This document shows, in pieces, positions 8,941-17,621 of a DNA stretch of 64,000 bases. The notes beneath the pieces were generated by a model, which saw only the letters and a list, made by a program, of their open reading frames with translations, searched no databases and was not told the origin of the DNA. Positions within the stretch are counted from its first letter, which is position 1. Every line of letters begins with the position of its first letter. Location of the stretch: assembly GCA_040222855.1 (NCBI GenBank), contig JAVKCD010000019.1, positions 230,912 through 294,911 of the forward strand. The letters run 5' to 3'. The position numbers and the translations under genes were made by a program. This DNA is from Phycisphaeraceae bacterium (lineage in GTDB: Bacteria; Planctomycetota; Phycisphaerae; Phycisphaerales; Phycisphaeraceae).

Positions 8941-10938
8941 ATGACCCACGACAAACCCCGCCGCGTCCTGCTGATCGGCTGGGACGCCGCCGACTGGCGC
9001 TTCGCCGATCCGCTGATCGAGCAAGGGCAGATGCCCACGCTCGCCAACCTCCGCGCTCGTGGGGCATGGGGCAAGATGGCCACCCTCCAGCCCATGCTCT
9101 CGCCGATGCTCTGGACCTCCATCGCCACCGGCAAGACCGCGCGCCACCACGGCATCTGCGGGTTCACCGAACCCATACCCGATGGCTCGGGCATCCGCCC
9201 GGTCTCCAGCGTCTCCCGTCAGTGCCAGGCCATCTGGAACATGCTCACGCAACGCGGCAAGCGATCCCACGTCGTCGGCTGGTACGCCTCTCACCCCGCC
9301 GAACCGATCCTCGGGACGATGGTCTCTAACCAGTTCGAGCTGCCCGTCGGCCCGCCCGACAAAGCCTGGCCAGCCCCGCCCGGTTCGATCCACCCCCCTG
9401 AACGCGCCGAGGAACTCAAGCAGCTCAGAGTTCACCCCGCTGAGATCACCGCCGAAGCAATCCTGCCTTTCGTGCCTGATGCCGCGCGTGACGCCCGGCG
9501 AGAGGGCAACCGCATCGGCAAGCTCCGCACGCTGCTGGCACAGACCGCCTCGATCCATACCATCGCCACCCACCTCATTCAGCAGGATGACTGGGACCTG
9601 ATGGCGGTCTACTACGAAGGCATTGATCGCTTCGCCCACGAGTTCATGGAGTTCCACCCACCCCGAATGGACCACGTCAGCGACGACGACTTCCATGCCT
9701 ACCAGCACGTCATGACCGGCGTCTACCGCTTTCACGACATGATGCTCCAGACCCTGCTGACCCTCGCTGGTGAGGACACCGCCGTCATCCTCATCAGCGA
9801 CCATGGCTACCTCGATGACCAGCGTCGGCCGGACCCCGAGAAAGCAGGGCCTGTTGACTGGCACCGGCCCTTGGGCATCGCCACCATCACGGGATCGGGC
9901 ATCCAATCCGGGGGGCGGCTCATGGGTCCGACCCTCCTCGACGTGACACCAACGATCCTCAGCCTGCTGGGCCTGCCGATCGGCCTGGACATGCCCGGAC
10001 GCGCCTGGGCCGAAGCGATGACCCAAGCCCCGAAGACGGAACGCATCCTCACCTGGGAGAACCCAACCACCCCCGATGGCCGGCACCCAGCCGATATTGA
10101 AGAAGATTCAGAATCTGCCCGCGCAGCACTCCAGCAACTCATCGACCTTGGCTATGTAGAGGCACCCTCCGAGGACACCGAAACAACCGTCCGCGACACC
10201 CGGGCTCACAATGATCTGACACTTGCACGCTCCATGCTCAGCTCCGGCGACACCGCCGAGGCACTCGCGGTCATGGAAAGACTTCCTCAGTCTTTCCGCG
10301 ACGACCCCGGGATCCGCAGCGCCATCGCCCAATCACGACTCTTGTTAGGTGACCTCAAGGGCTGCAGAACAGAACTCGATGCGATGGCCAATGACCCCGA
10401 CGCCACCGCAAGACGTGAACTACTCCTTGGCGCGATCGCCCTGCGCGAAGCCGACAAGCCACTAGCCCTAAAGCACTACGAAGCCGCCTTGTCAGCACAA
10501 CCCGACGATGCCGCCCTGCTGAATCGCCTCGCTGGCCTTCACCTTCTGCTCGATCAACTCGACCGTGCTGAGACACTCTATCGCCTGGTCGTTGAGCTGA
10601 TGCCCGAGGACGCCACCGCCTGGGACGGTCTGGCCGAAACACTCCTTCGCCTGGATCGCCCTGCAGAAGCACTCGAAGCGGCTCTCGAAGCCGTTGGCCT
10701 CGCCTTCGGGCTCGCCCGCGCCCACCTCCGACTGAGTAAAGCCCTGTTCGCCGTCGGCGACCCGGAGCGCGCCGCCGAAGCCGTCGAGGCCTGCCTGCTC
10801 CGCTCACACGGTTTTGTTGCCGCCCATCAGCACGCTGCCAAGGTCTACGAACAACTGAATCAGCCAGAGAAGGTCTCCGAGCAAGAAAGGCTCACCACGG
10901 AGGCCAAGATCGCCCAGTCCCGATCGGCCAGAAGCTGA
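8941..10938 (+). CDS. Alkaline-phosphatase-superfamily (type I phosphodiesterase/nucleotide pyrophosphatase-like) protein fused to C-terminal TPR repeats
   Basis: The N-terminal core (VLLIGWDAADW...MLSPMLWTSIATGK...HGI; ISDHGY) is typical of AlkP-core enzymes. The last ~250 aa are Ala/Leu-rich TPR-like helices. I took the start at ATG 8941 (MTHDKPRR); the track start 8911 is TTG and falls just after the terminator hairpin. Confidence 0.75.
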   Translation: MTHDKPRRVLLIGWDAADWRFADPLIEQGQMPTLANLRARGAWGKMATLQPMLSPMLWTSIATGKTARHHGICGFTEPIPDGSGIRPVSSVSRQCQAIWNMLTQRGKRSHVVGWYASHPAEPILGTMVSNQFELPVGPPDKAWPAPPGSIHPPERAEELKQLRVHPAEITAEAILPFVPDAARDARREGNRIGKLRTLLAQTASIHTIATHLIQQDDWDLMAVYYEGIDRFAHEFMEFHPPRMDHVSDDDFHAYQHVMTGVYRFHDMMLQTLLTLAGEDTAVILISDHGYLDDQRRPDPEKAGPVDWHRPLGIATITGSGIQSGGRLMGPTLLDVTPTILSLLGLPIGLDMPGRAWAEAMTQAPKTERILTWENPTTPDGRHPADIEEDSESARAALQQLIDLGYVEAPSEDTETTVRDTRAHNDLTLARSMLSSGDTAEALAVMERLPQSFRDDPGIRSAIAQSRLLLGDLKGCRTELDAMANDPDATARRELLLGAIALREADKPLALKHYEAALSAQPDDAALLNRLAGLHLLLDQLDRAETLYRLVVELMPEDATAWDGLAETLLRLDRPAEALEAALEAVGLAFGLARAHLRLSKALFAVGDPERAAEAVEACLLRSHGFVAAHQHAAKVYEQLNQPEKVSEQERLTTEAKIAQSRSARS

Positions 10939-11038
10939 TCTGATCGAGCTTTCTGATCATCCCGAGCCATCGCTGATCCATCGCCGAACACCCAGGGGAA
11001 CCACAGACTCCCTCGCCACCAGCCACTATCATCGCGGC

Positions 11039-12403
11039 ATGACCACCACACCCACCACCACCCATACGCTCAGCGTCTTTGAGACCGCCCGAGATACCAA
11101 AGACCCGATTGCCCCCGCCAGCCAACGCCCCTTTCAAACCCAACGCCCCGAGGCCTTGATCGATATCTCCATCGACCCAAGCCAGCGGTTCCAACCGATC
11201 ATCGGCTTTGGCGGGGCACTCACCGAAGCCTCCGCCATCAACTACCAGTTGATGACACCCGACAACCGCGAAGCCTTTCTCAAGCATTATTTTTCCTCGA
11301 CCGAAGGCCACGGCTACACCCTCTGCCGAACCCACATCCATGCCTGCGACTTCTCCCGCGGCCACTACACCTACGTCGATGATGGCGACACCTCCCTCAA
11401 CTCCTTCTCCCTCGACGCCGACCGGCAAACCCTTCTTCCCTTCATCCACGACGCCATCGCCGCCAGCGACCGCCCCATCAGCTTCCTCGCCTCACCCTGG
11501 AGCCCGCCTCCGTGGATGAAAACCACCGGCCGCATGGTCCGAGGCGGAAAACTCCTCCCCGAACACCGCCAGACCTGGGCCGACTACTACGTCCGCTACA
11601 TCAACGCCATGCGCGATGAAGGCATCGACATCTGGGGCGTCACCGTCCAGAACGAGCCCGACGCCGAGCAAACCTGGGAATCCTGCATCTACACCGCCGA
11701 AGACGAACGCGACTTCGTCCGCGATCACCTCGGACCGACCCTCGAAAAAGCCGGCCTTGGCGACATCAAGATCATCATCTGGGACCACAACCGCGACCGA
11801 CTCTTCGACCGCGCCTCGGTTGTCTACGACGACCCGCAAGCCAGCCACTACACCTGGGGCGCCGGCTTCCATTGGTACTGCGGAGACTTCTTCGAGAACC
11901 TCACCCGCACCCACGACGCCTACCCCGACAAGCACCTGATCTTCACCGAAGGCTGCCAGGAAGGCGGACCCCACGACGGCTCCTGGGCCACCGGCGAACG
12001 CTACGCCCGCTCCATCATCAACGACCTCAACCGCTGGACCGAGGGCTGGATCGACTGGAACCTCCTCCTCGACGAGACCGGCGGCCCGAATCACGTCAAC
12101 AACCTTTGCTCCGCCCCCATCCTCTACGACCGCCCCACCGGCGTCATGAAGCTCCAGAGCTCCTACCACTACCTGGGCCACTTCGCCCGCTTCATCCAGC
12201 CCGGCGCGACCCGCATCGGCTGCAACCCCAGCCACGCCGACCTCCCCGCCACTGCCGTCGAGAACCCCGACGGCTCCCTGGCCGTCGTCATCCTCAACAC
12301 CGGCGAATACGCCCTGAGCTACCGCTTGGAACTCGATGGCCGCTTCGCTGCTGGCTCAGTCCCCGCCCACGGCATCCAGACGCTCACCACACCAGCCAGC
12401 TAA
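11039..12403 (+). CDS. Glycoside hydrolase family 30 (glucosylceramidase-like), no signal peptide
   Basis: GFGGALTEASA, ASPWSPPPWMK, GVTVQNEP (acid/base Glu), IFTEGC (nucleophile Glu) and WIDWNLLLDETGGPNHVNN motifs. Confidence 0.88.
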   Translation: MTTTPTTTHTLSVFETARDTKDPIAPASQRPFQTQRPEALIDISIDPSQRFQPIIGFGGALTEASAINYQLMTPDNREAFLKHYFSSTEGHGYTLCRTHIHACDFSRGHYTYVDDGDTSLNSFSLDADRQTLLPFIHDAIAASDRPISFLASPWSPPPWMKTTGRMVRGGKLLPEHRQTWADYYVRYINAMRDEGIDIWGVTVQNEPDAEQTWESCIYTAEDERDFVRDHLGPTLEKAGLGDIKIIIWDHNRDRLFDRASVVYDDPQASHYTWGAGFHWYCGDFFENLTRTHDAYPDKHLIFTEGCQEGGPHDGSWATGERYARSIINDLNRWTEGWIDWNLLLDETGGPNHVNNLCSAPILYDRPTGVMKLQSSYHYLGHFARFIQPGATRIGCNPSHADLPATAVENPDGSLAVVILNTGEYALSYRLELDGRFAAGSVPAHGIQTLTTPAS

Positions 12404-12449
12404 ACGCCCAGAGCCTTCCAACCTCTCCATCCTGACAAATAACCGGGCT

Positions 12450-12481
12450 GGCCATGAAACAAAAATGTTTGTTTCATGGCC
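12450..12481 (+). terminator. Perfect 14-bp inverted repeat (hairpin or operator) in the AT-rich spacer after GH30
   Basis: ggccatgaaacaaa-aatg-tttgtttcatggcc; the arms 12450-12463 and 12468-12481 are exact reverse complements. There is no clean T-run, so a terminator role is uncertain and it could be a protein-binding palindrome. Confidence 0.4.
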
Positions 12482-12500
12482 AAGTTTATCTTGTTTTACA

Positions 12501-12529
12501 TTGACATCAGCGATTGTGATGTCATTATT
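12501..12529 (+). promoter_or_regulatory. Candidate sigma70-type promoter for the LacI/GH5 operon, with an embedded 7-bp inverted repeat
   Basis: TTGACA at 12501-12506, with CATTAT/ATTATT 16-17 bp downstream. The inverted repeat gacatca(12503-09)/tgatgtc(12517-23) lies in the spacer. This is the most AT-rich stretch of this part of the window. Confidence 0.35.
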
Positions 12530-12588
12530 TCATCTGGTTCCAGCTTGTTTCTGATTTTGTTTCGTACCGTTTCCCGTTTGGATCACTC

Positions 12589-13656
12589 ATGGCCACTGTC
12601 CGCGACATCGCGAGTTCCCTTGGCGTTTCGCCGGCGACGGTGTCGCGGTCGCTGAATAACGCGCCGGAGGTCAGTGACAAGCTCAAGCGGCGGGTGATCG
12701 ATGAGGCCAAGCGGATCGGGTACGTCGCCAGCCGGAGGACGCGGACGCGCACGGGGACCGTGGGGCTGATGTTTGTGAATGAGACGTCGGGGCCGATGTT
12801 CTCGGGGTACGACGCGATCATCTGGTCGGGCGTGGCCCGGGCGGCGGCGGCGGCGGGGTACGCGGTGTCGGTGTTCGACCCGCGCCAGCGGCGCGAGAAC
12901 GAGTCCCTCGACAGCCTGGCGACGCGGCTGCACCTCGACGGGCTCTTGGTGCGCAACGACTGGCACTCGCGCGAGTTTGTGCGCGAGATCGCCGAGACCG
13001 GGATGCCATCGGTGGTCATCGCGGATCGGTTTGAGGACAAGTCGGTCAACTACGTCTGCTGCAACTCTTACGCGCCGACGCGGCAGGCGATCGAGCATCT
13101 GCTTCACCTCGGGCACCGGCGGATCGCGCTGTGCCATCACGTTCTGGTGGACACCGATCACCGCGACCGCATCGACGCATACGAGGCCGCGATGACCGAC
13201 GCGGGGTTCGGGCCGGAAGAACAGATGCGCATCGCCATCCGCGCTGATGTTGACGGGGGTGGGGCGGCGCTGAGCCGGTTCCTGGCGATGCCGGACCCGC
13301 CTACGGCGATTTTCTTCACCGACCCCCCCGCCACCGTCGGGGCGCTGCGTCGAGCGGTGGAGCTTGGGCTGAGTGTTCCCGAGGACCTTTCGATCATTGG
13401 GGTGGACGACGAGGACCTGCGGCGGATGACGCACCCGGTCTATACCGCGGTGTGCCAGGACGCCGCGGAGATCGGCTATCAGGCGGCGCGGTGGCTGTGC
13501 CGGGCGCTGTCCGGGACCACCAGCTCGACCGAATCCGACGCCCGACTGCACCTTGAGCTGGACGCTGTGCTGGAGATCAACAAATCCACCGCGGCCCCGC
13601 CAGCGCGGGCGCTGCGGATGTCCCCCAACGGCCATCGCATCGAAAACCATGCATAA
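12589..13656 (+). CDS. LacI family transcriptional regulator
   Basis: N-terminal HTH (MATVRDIASSLGVSPATVSRSLNN...V....RV...A..IGY) followed by a periplasmic-binding-protein-like sugar-binding core. Confidence 0.9.
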   Translation: MATVRDIASSLGVSPATVSRSLNNAPEVSDKLKRRVIDEAKRIGYVASRRTRTRTGTVGLMFVNETSGPMFSGYDAIIWSGVARAAAAAGYAVSVFDPRQRRENESLDSLATRLHLDGLLVRNDWHSREFVREIAETGMPSVVIADRFEDKSVNYVCCNSYAPTRQAIEHLLHLGHRRIALCHHVLVDTDHRDRIDAYEAAMTDAGFGPEEQMRIAIRADVDGGGAALSRFLAMPDPPTAIFFTDPPATVGALRRAVELGLSVPEDLSIIGVDDEDLRRMTHPVYTAVCQDAAEIGYQAARWLCRALSGTTSSTESDARLHLELDAVLEINKSTAAPPARALRMSPNGHRIENHA

Positions 13657-13709
13657 AGTCGGTCTGAATCGCTTTGACTCGCTTTTCATCATCAGGATCG
13701 GAGCACCCC

Positions 13710-14456
13710 ATGCTGCCCGTCACCACAACCAGAGTCCCACGCCCCACGGCGTTCACGCTCATCGAACTGCTGGTCGTCATCTCGATCATCGCGCTGCTGA
13801 TCGGCATCCTGCTGCCAGCGCTGGGTGCGGCGCGGAACACGGCGCGAAATGCGTCTTGCGCCTCGAATCTCCGTCAGCAGGTTCTGGCGATTGTTTCGTT
13901 TGCGACTGACAATAACGATCAACTGCCTCTGGCCAAGAACTATCCGGCAAGCATTAACGGCAAGGAAACCTCGATTTCGGGTGTGACCGAGACGGTGGAT
14001 GTATACCAGCAGAATCTGCTGACGCCCTATGTCGGCGGGTCGGATGCTCAGGATGATTTTTCGGAGATTTTTGTTTGCCCGTCGATTGACGGCGGGGCGA
14101 GCCGTGAGTGGCTTCGTGAACTCGAACCGCAGCGGCATACTCACTACCGCTACAACACTTTCAGCGCCTATTGGTGGCCTTCGCTGATCAATCAGGTTCT
14201 TGTCAGTTCGAATCTTTCGACACCCACTTCCGCCTCTGAGGCGGTGATTCAGTACGACGTGGTGTGGCCGGATTGGCCAGCGGAGGATCATGCCCACGCT
14301 CAAGGCGGGGCGGGCATCAATGTGGGCTATCTCGATGGGCACGTCAGCGGCGTCGCGAGCGAGGCGTATTTGGAGCAGAGTGATCTTGGCAAGGCATTCG
14401 CGGAACAGGTCAATCCGTTCCTGACGGATGGTTGGCCGTACCCGCCGAGCAACTGA
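13710..14456 (+). CDS. Prepilin-type N-terminal cleavage/methylation domain protein (DUF1559-like)
   Basis: [38 protein letters not shown]-terminus and a C-terminal [12 protein letters not shown] motif. The start is ATG 13710; the track start 13674 is TTG. Confidence 0.85.
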   Translation: MLPVTTTRVPRPTAFTLIELLVVISIIALLIGILLPALGAARNTARNASCASNLRQQVLAIVSFATDNNDQLPLAKNYPASINGKETSISGVTETVDVYQQNLLTPYVGGSDAQDDFSEIFVCPSIDGGASREWLRELEPQRHTHYRYNTFSAYWWPSLINQVLVSSNLSTPTSASEAVIQYDVVWPDWPAEDHAHAQGGAGINVGYLDGHVSGVASEAYLEQSDLGKAFAEQVNPFLTDGWPYPPSN

Positions 14457-14475
14457 GGTCACTCCAGGGAGACTG

Positions 14476-16839
14476 ATGCGGATCATGAGCACGACGAGCT
14501 CCATATTGACCACGCTGGTGCCTGCGACGCTTGTTGCGGGGGTGGTGATGGTGTCGTCGTTGGCGGGTGGGGTGTGCGCGCAGGTGGGATCGGGGGTTAT
14601 GCCGCTGCGGTATGACGATGCGACGGCGCGGTTTGTGGATGAGCGGGGGCGGGGGATGATTTTGCGGGGGGTGAATCTGGGGAACTGGTTTTTGCTGGAG
14701 CCTTGGATGCTGGGGCTGGATTCGTCGGCGTACCGGGATCAGCACGACATTCTGATGACGCTTGAGTCGCGGTTCGGGGCGGTGGCGGCGGAGTCGTTGC
14801 TGGATACGTATCGTGCTAACTGGATTACGGAGAGGGAGTTAGCTCAGGCCAAGGCGTTTGGGTTCAATGTTGTCAGGCTGCCGTTCCATTACAGTTTGGT
14901 GCTGGATTACGAGCGTCCCTACGGGATGCGGGAGGATGCGTTCCGGTGGCTGGACCACGCGATTAAGCTCTGTGAGGATCAGGGTTTGTATGTGATTCTG
15001 GACCTGCACGGGGCACCGGGCGGGCAGAGCCATGACATGCCGTCGGGTCGGGTGGGTGAGAACGCGTTGTGGACGGATGAGGTAGCGCAGCGGCAGATGG
15101 TGGCGCTCTGGCGGGCGGTGGCGGAGCGTTACGCGGGGCGGGCTTCGGTGGTGGGGTATGACCTGGTGAATGAGCCGTGGGGGGATTTTCAGCAGGACCT
15201 GCGTGAGGATATCGTCAGGCTGGTCAACAGGTTGCATGATGCGGTGCGAGAGGTGGACCCGGAGACGGTGATCTATGCGCCGGGGCTGCTTAACGGGGTG
15301 CTGTTTTATGGCGACCCGCGGGAGCGGGGGTGGACGAACACGGGCTACACGATCCACACGTATCCGGGGCTTTTTGGGAATGGCGAGCCGACGCTGGCGA
15401 CGCATCAGCAGTTTTTAGAGAAGGAGATGCCGGCGTTGGCGGCGGCTGTGGCACGGGTTCGTGTGCCGGTGCTGGTGGGTGAGTTCAACCCAGTGTTTGC
15501 GGAGGTGGATCGTCCGGCGATGCTGCGGCGTCATTTCGATGTGTTTGCCGAGTTGGGCTGGCACGCGACGGTGTGGTCGCTGCGTAAGATCAATCCTGAG
15601 GGTGGTTTAGGGGCGAGTGACTGGTGTCTGCTGACGAACGCTGAGCCCTTCCGGCTGCCTGATCCTGCGACCGCGACGGCGGTGGAACTGGACGAGGCGT
15701 TTGAGCAACTTGGGCGTCAGCGGCTGGCGGTGGACCCGTATCTTGTTGCTGAGCCGTTGGTTGCGGCGTATGACGATGGGAATCGAGAGGCTGTGGCGGA
15801 GGCGGCCTGGCCGTCGGACGCAGCGCCTGCGGGGTGGTCGATGACGGCGGTGGGGAATGGGGCGAAGGCAGGTCTTGGCGTCGATGGCGAGGGTAAGTCT
15901 TTTACTGTTCACGCTTTGGGTCAGGACATCTGGGGCGGTTCGGATGCGTTTGCGTATCTGAGTCGTCCTGTGGCGGGGCTGGATGAGGTGTCGGTGGTGG
16001 TGGAGGGGTTTGATTCGCCGGGGCGTTACGGGAAGGCGGGGGTGATGCTACGGGGGTCGGAGGGGGTGGACGCGGCGCATGTGCTGGTGCATATCTTCCG
16101 TGATGGCAGGGTGTTGCTGGCGCAGCGGGATCGTGATGGCGGTCCGACGCGGGAGCAAGTGGTTGGTTTTGGGGGGATGCCGGTGGGTCTGGCGGTTCGG
16201 CGGGATGGGGAGCGGGTGAGCTGGCGGGTGGGGTATCCCGAGACGGGGTGGGGTGCGTGGCAAGTGGTTGATGGGGAAGGATTTGCGGCGGATGCGCGGA
16301 TTGGGGTGGCGGTGTCGTCGAACGCGGAGGCGGGTCGGGCGGCCTTGCGGGCGCGGTTTGGCGATGAGCTGGGGTCGGGGGCGCCGGCTGGGGAACGGGT
16401 TGACCTGGGATCGGGTTCGTGGGGGTCTTGGGGTGAGGGTTTTGAGTTTTTAAGTGATTCTGATTCTTTAGTTTACCGTCCTGATGGGGGTGGTGCGGGG
16501 ATGTTCCGGGATGTGTCGGGTCTGGGTGAGGGTGTGGTGACTTTACGGATGGGGTTGCGAGGGCTGGAGGGTTTGACGGGTGAGGGGACGGTCGAGTTGC
16601 GGCTGGAGTCGGTGGGTGAGGAGGGTCGATTGCTGCGGATTTCGAGTCGGAACTACGCGGTTTCGGACCTGAAAGCGGCCGCGGTCGTCAATCAAACGTG
16701 GTTAACGGGGCCTCAACGACGCGACACTGTGCGCGCGCTGGTGGTGGTGGACGGCGTGACGGGCGTTGCGGGGGCACCGGGGGCGCGGCTGATTTTTGAG
16801 AATCCGGAGCTTGTTTGGTCGCCGGCGCGTGGCTGGTGA
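14476..16839 (+). CDS. Secreted glycoside hydrolase family 5 (beta-glucanase-like) with a large C-terminal non-catalytic region
   Basis: Signal peptide from ATG 14476. Motifs are RGVNLGNWFLLEPWM, HGAPGGQS, YDLVNEPW (acid/base) and VLVGEFN (nucleophile). The C-terminal half contains a concanavalin-like ...GQDIWGGSDAFAY...GKAGVMLR... segment. There is no dockerin or PEP-CTERM. Confidence 0.85.
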   Translation: MRIMSTTSSILTTLVPATLVAGVVMVSSLAGGVCAQVGSGVMPLRYDDATARFVDERGRGMILRGVNLGNWFLLEPWMLGLDSSAYRDQHDILMTLESRFGAVAAESLLDTYRANWITERELAQAKAFGFNVVRLPFHYSLVLDYERPYGMREDAFRWLDHAIKLCEDQGLYVILDLHGAPGGQSHDMPSGRVGENALWTDEVAQRQMVALWRAVAERYAGRASVVGYDLVNEPWGDFQQDLREDIVRLVNRLHDAVREVDPETVIYAPGLLNGVLFYGDPRERGWTNTGYTIHTYPGLFGNGEPTLATHQQFLEKEMPALAAAVARVRVPVLVGEFNPVFAEVDRPAMLRRHFDVFAELGWHATVWSLRKINPEGGLGASDWCLLTNAEPFRLPDPATATAVELDEAFEQLGRQRLAVDPYLVAEPLVAAYDDGNREAVAEAAWPSDAAPAGWSMTAVGNGAKAGLGVDGEGKSFTVHALGQDIWGGSDAFAYLSRPVAGLDEVSVVVEGFDSPGRYGKAGVMLRGSEGVDAAHVLVHIFRDGRVLLAQRDRDGGPTREQVVGFGGMPVGLAVRRDGERVSWRVGYPETGWGAWQVVDGEGFAADARIGVAVSSNAEAGRAALRARFGDELGSGAPAGERVDLGSGSWGSWGEGFEFLSDSDSLVYRPDGGGAGMFRDVSGLGEGVVTLRMGLRGLEGLTGEGTVELRLESVGEEGRLLRISSRNYAVSDLKAAAVVNQTWLTGPQRRDTVRALVVVDGVTGVAGAPGARLIFENPELVWSPARGW

Positions 16840-16923
16840 CTATGGTTCATCCAGGAGGAGAACCCTGTCTTGTTTTAAGGATGCCATTCGGCACGAGTCA
16901 CTCTTGAAAGGGAGGAACGGATC

Positions 16924-17529
16924 ATGATGAAGACGACAGTTGGAACGGCGATGGTGTTGGGTGCGGCGCTGGCGATGCCGGCGTCGGGCCAGGAGTTGTT
17001 GACGAACCCGACGTTTGACGGCCCGCCTGTGGGCGATGGTTGGGGTTCGTTTGGCGCGGCGGGATTTCATAGTTTCTTCGGTCCCAATGGTCACGCGAGT
17101 CTGTTTGCGGACAACGCCGGGAACTTTGGTGGCGTGTTCCAGACGGGGATTGCCGGCAGCGAGGGCACGGAGTATCTGTTTGAGTTGCTGGACGTGCGGA
17201 TCGAGTCGAGCTTTGACGCGAGTCTTCGGTTCGGCCTTGAGTATTACGACGGTGCGGACAGCAGCAAGCTGGGCGAGACGATCGTGTCGATTGACACGTC
17301 AACGACGGGTGATGGGCTGAGTTTTTCGATGACGGGTACGGCTGTGCCGGGCACGGTGTTCGTGCGGCCGATCGTGTTGTTTGACAACGTCAATCCTGGG
17401 TATGCCGGTCAGGGGCAGGCGAATGTGTTTGTGTTTGATTCGTCGCTGACGGTGGTGCCTACGCCTACGGCTCTGAGTGCGTTGGTGGTGATGGCTGGTC
17501 TGATGCTGCGTCGGACGCGGATGGCGTGA
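16924..17529 (+). CDS. Secreted single-module CBM4/9-like protein with a degenerate PEP-CTERM-type tail
   Basis: GGAGGA Shine-Dalgarno, a signal peptide, then ELLTNPTFDGPPVGDGWGSFG...YLFELLDVRIE...FVRPIVLFDN, a jelly-roll CBM-like pattern. The tail VVPTPTALSALVVMAGLMLRRTRMA has PTP in place of PEP. Confidence 0.75.
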   Translation: MMKTTVGTAMVLGAALAMPASGQELLTNPTFDGPPVGDGWGSFGAAGFHSFFGPNGHASLFADNAGNFGGVFQTGIAGSEGTEYLFELLDVRIESSFDASLRFGLEYYDGADSSKLGETIVSIDTSTTGDGLSFSMTGTAVPGTVFVRPIVLFDNVNPGYAGQGQANVFVFDSSLTVVPTPTALSALVVMAGLMLRRTRMA

Positions 17530-17542
17530 TGATGATCTGATG

Positions 17543-17576
17543 CGATCGGGGCGTTAGCGCGTCCCGATCGTTTTTT
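17543..17576 (+). terminator. Rho-independent terminator
   Basis: cgatcggggcg-ttag-cgcgtcccgatcg stem-loop (8 bp + 2-3 bp with one bulge), followed immediately by TTTTTT at 17571-17576 and 14 nt after the stop codon. Confidence 0.7.
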
Positions 17577-17621
17577 GACTGTTTTTTGATCTGCTTACCG
17601 GCTTGCCTGGAGGATTTCGAG

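Noticed and set aside
8716-10086. 456-aa ORF antisense to the AlkP-TPR gene
   Set aside because: The sequence is Arg/Gly/Pro/Ala-rich low complexity with no motifs and lies entirely opposite a gene with clear family motifs. This is a typical stop-codon-poor shadow frame in GC-rich DNA.
12450-12481. The 14-bp-arm palindrome as a LacI-family operator
   Set aside because: It lacks the central CG and the TG..CA frame typical of LacI operators, and it does not recur upstream of the other genes of that locus. I retained it only as a hairpin/palindrome feature with low confidence.
12583-13692. 369-aa minus-strand ORF covering the LacI gene
   Set aside because: The product is Arg/Pro-rich with no features, while the plus-strand frame has an unambiguous LacI HTH and sugar-binding core.
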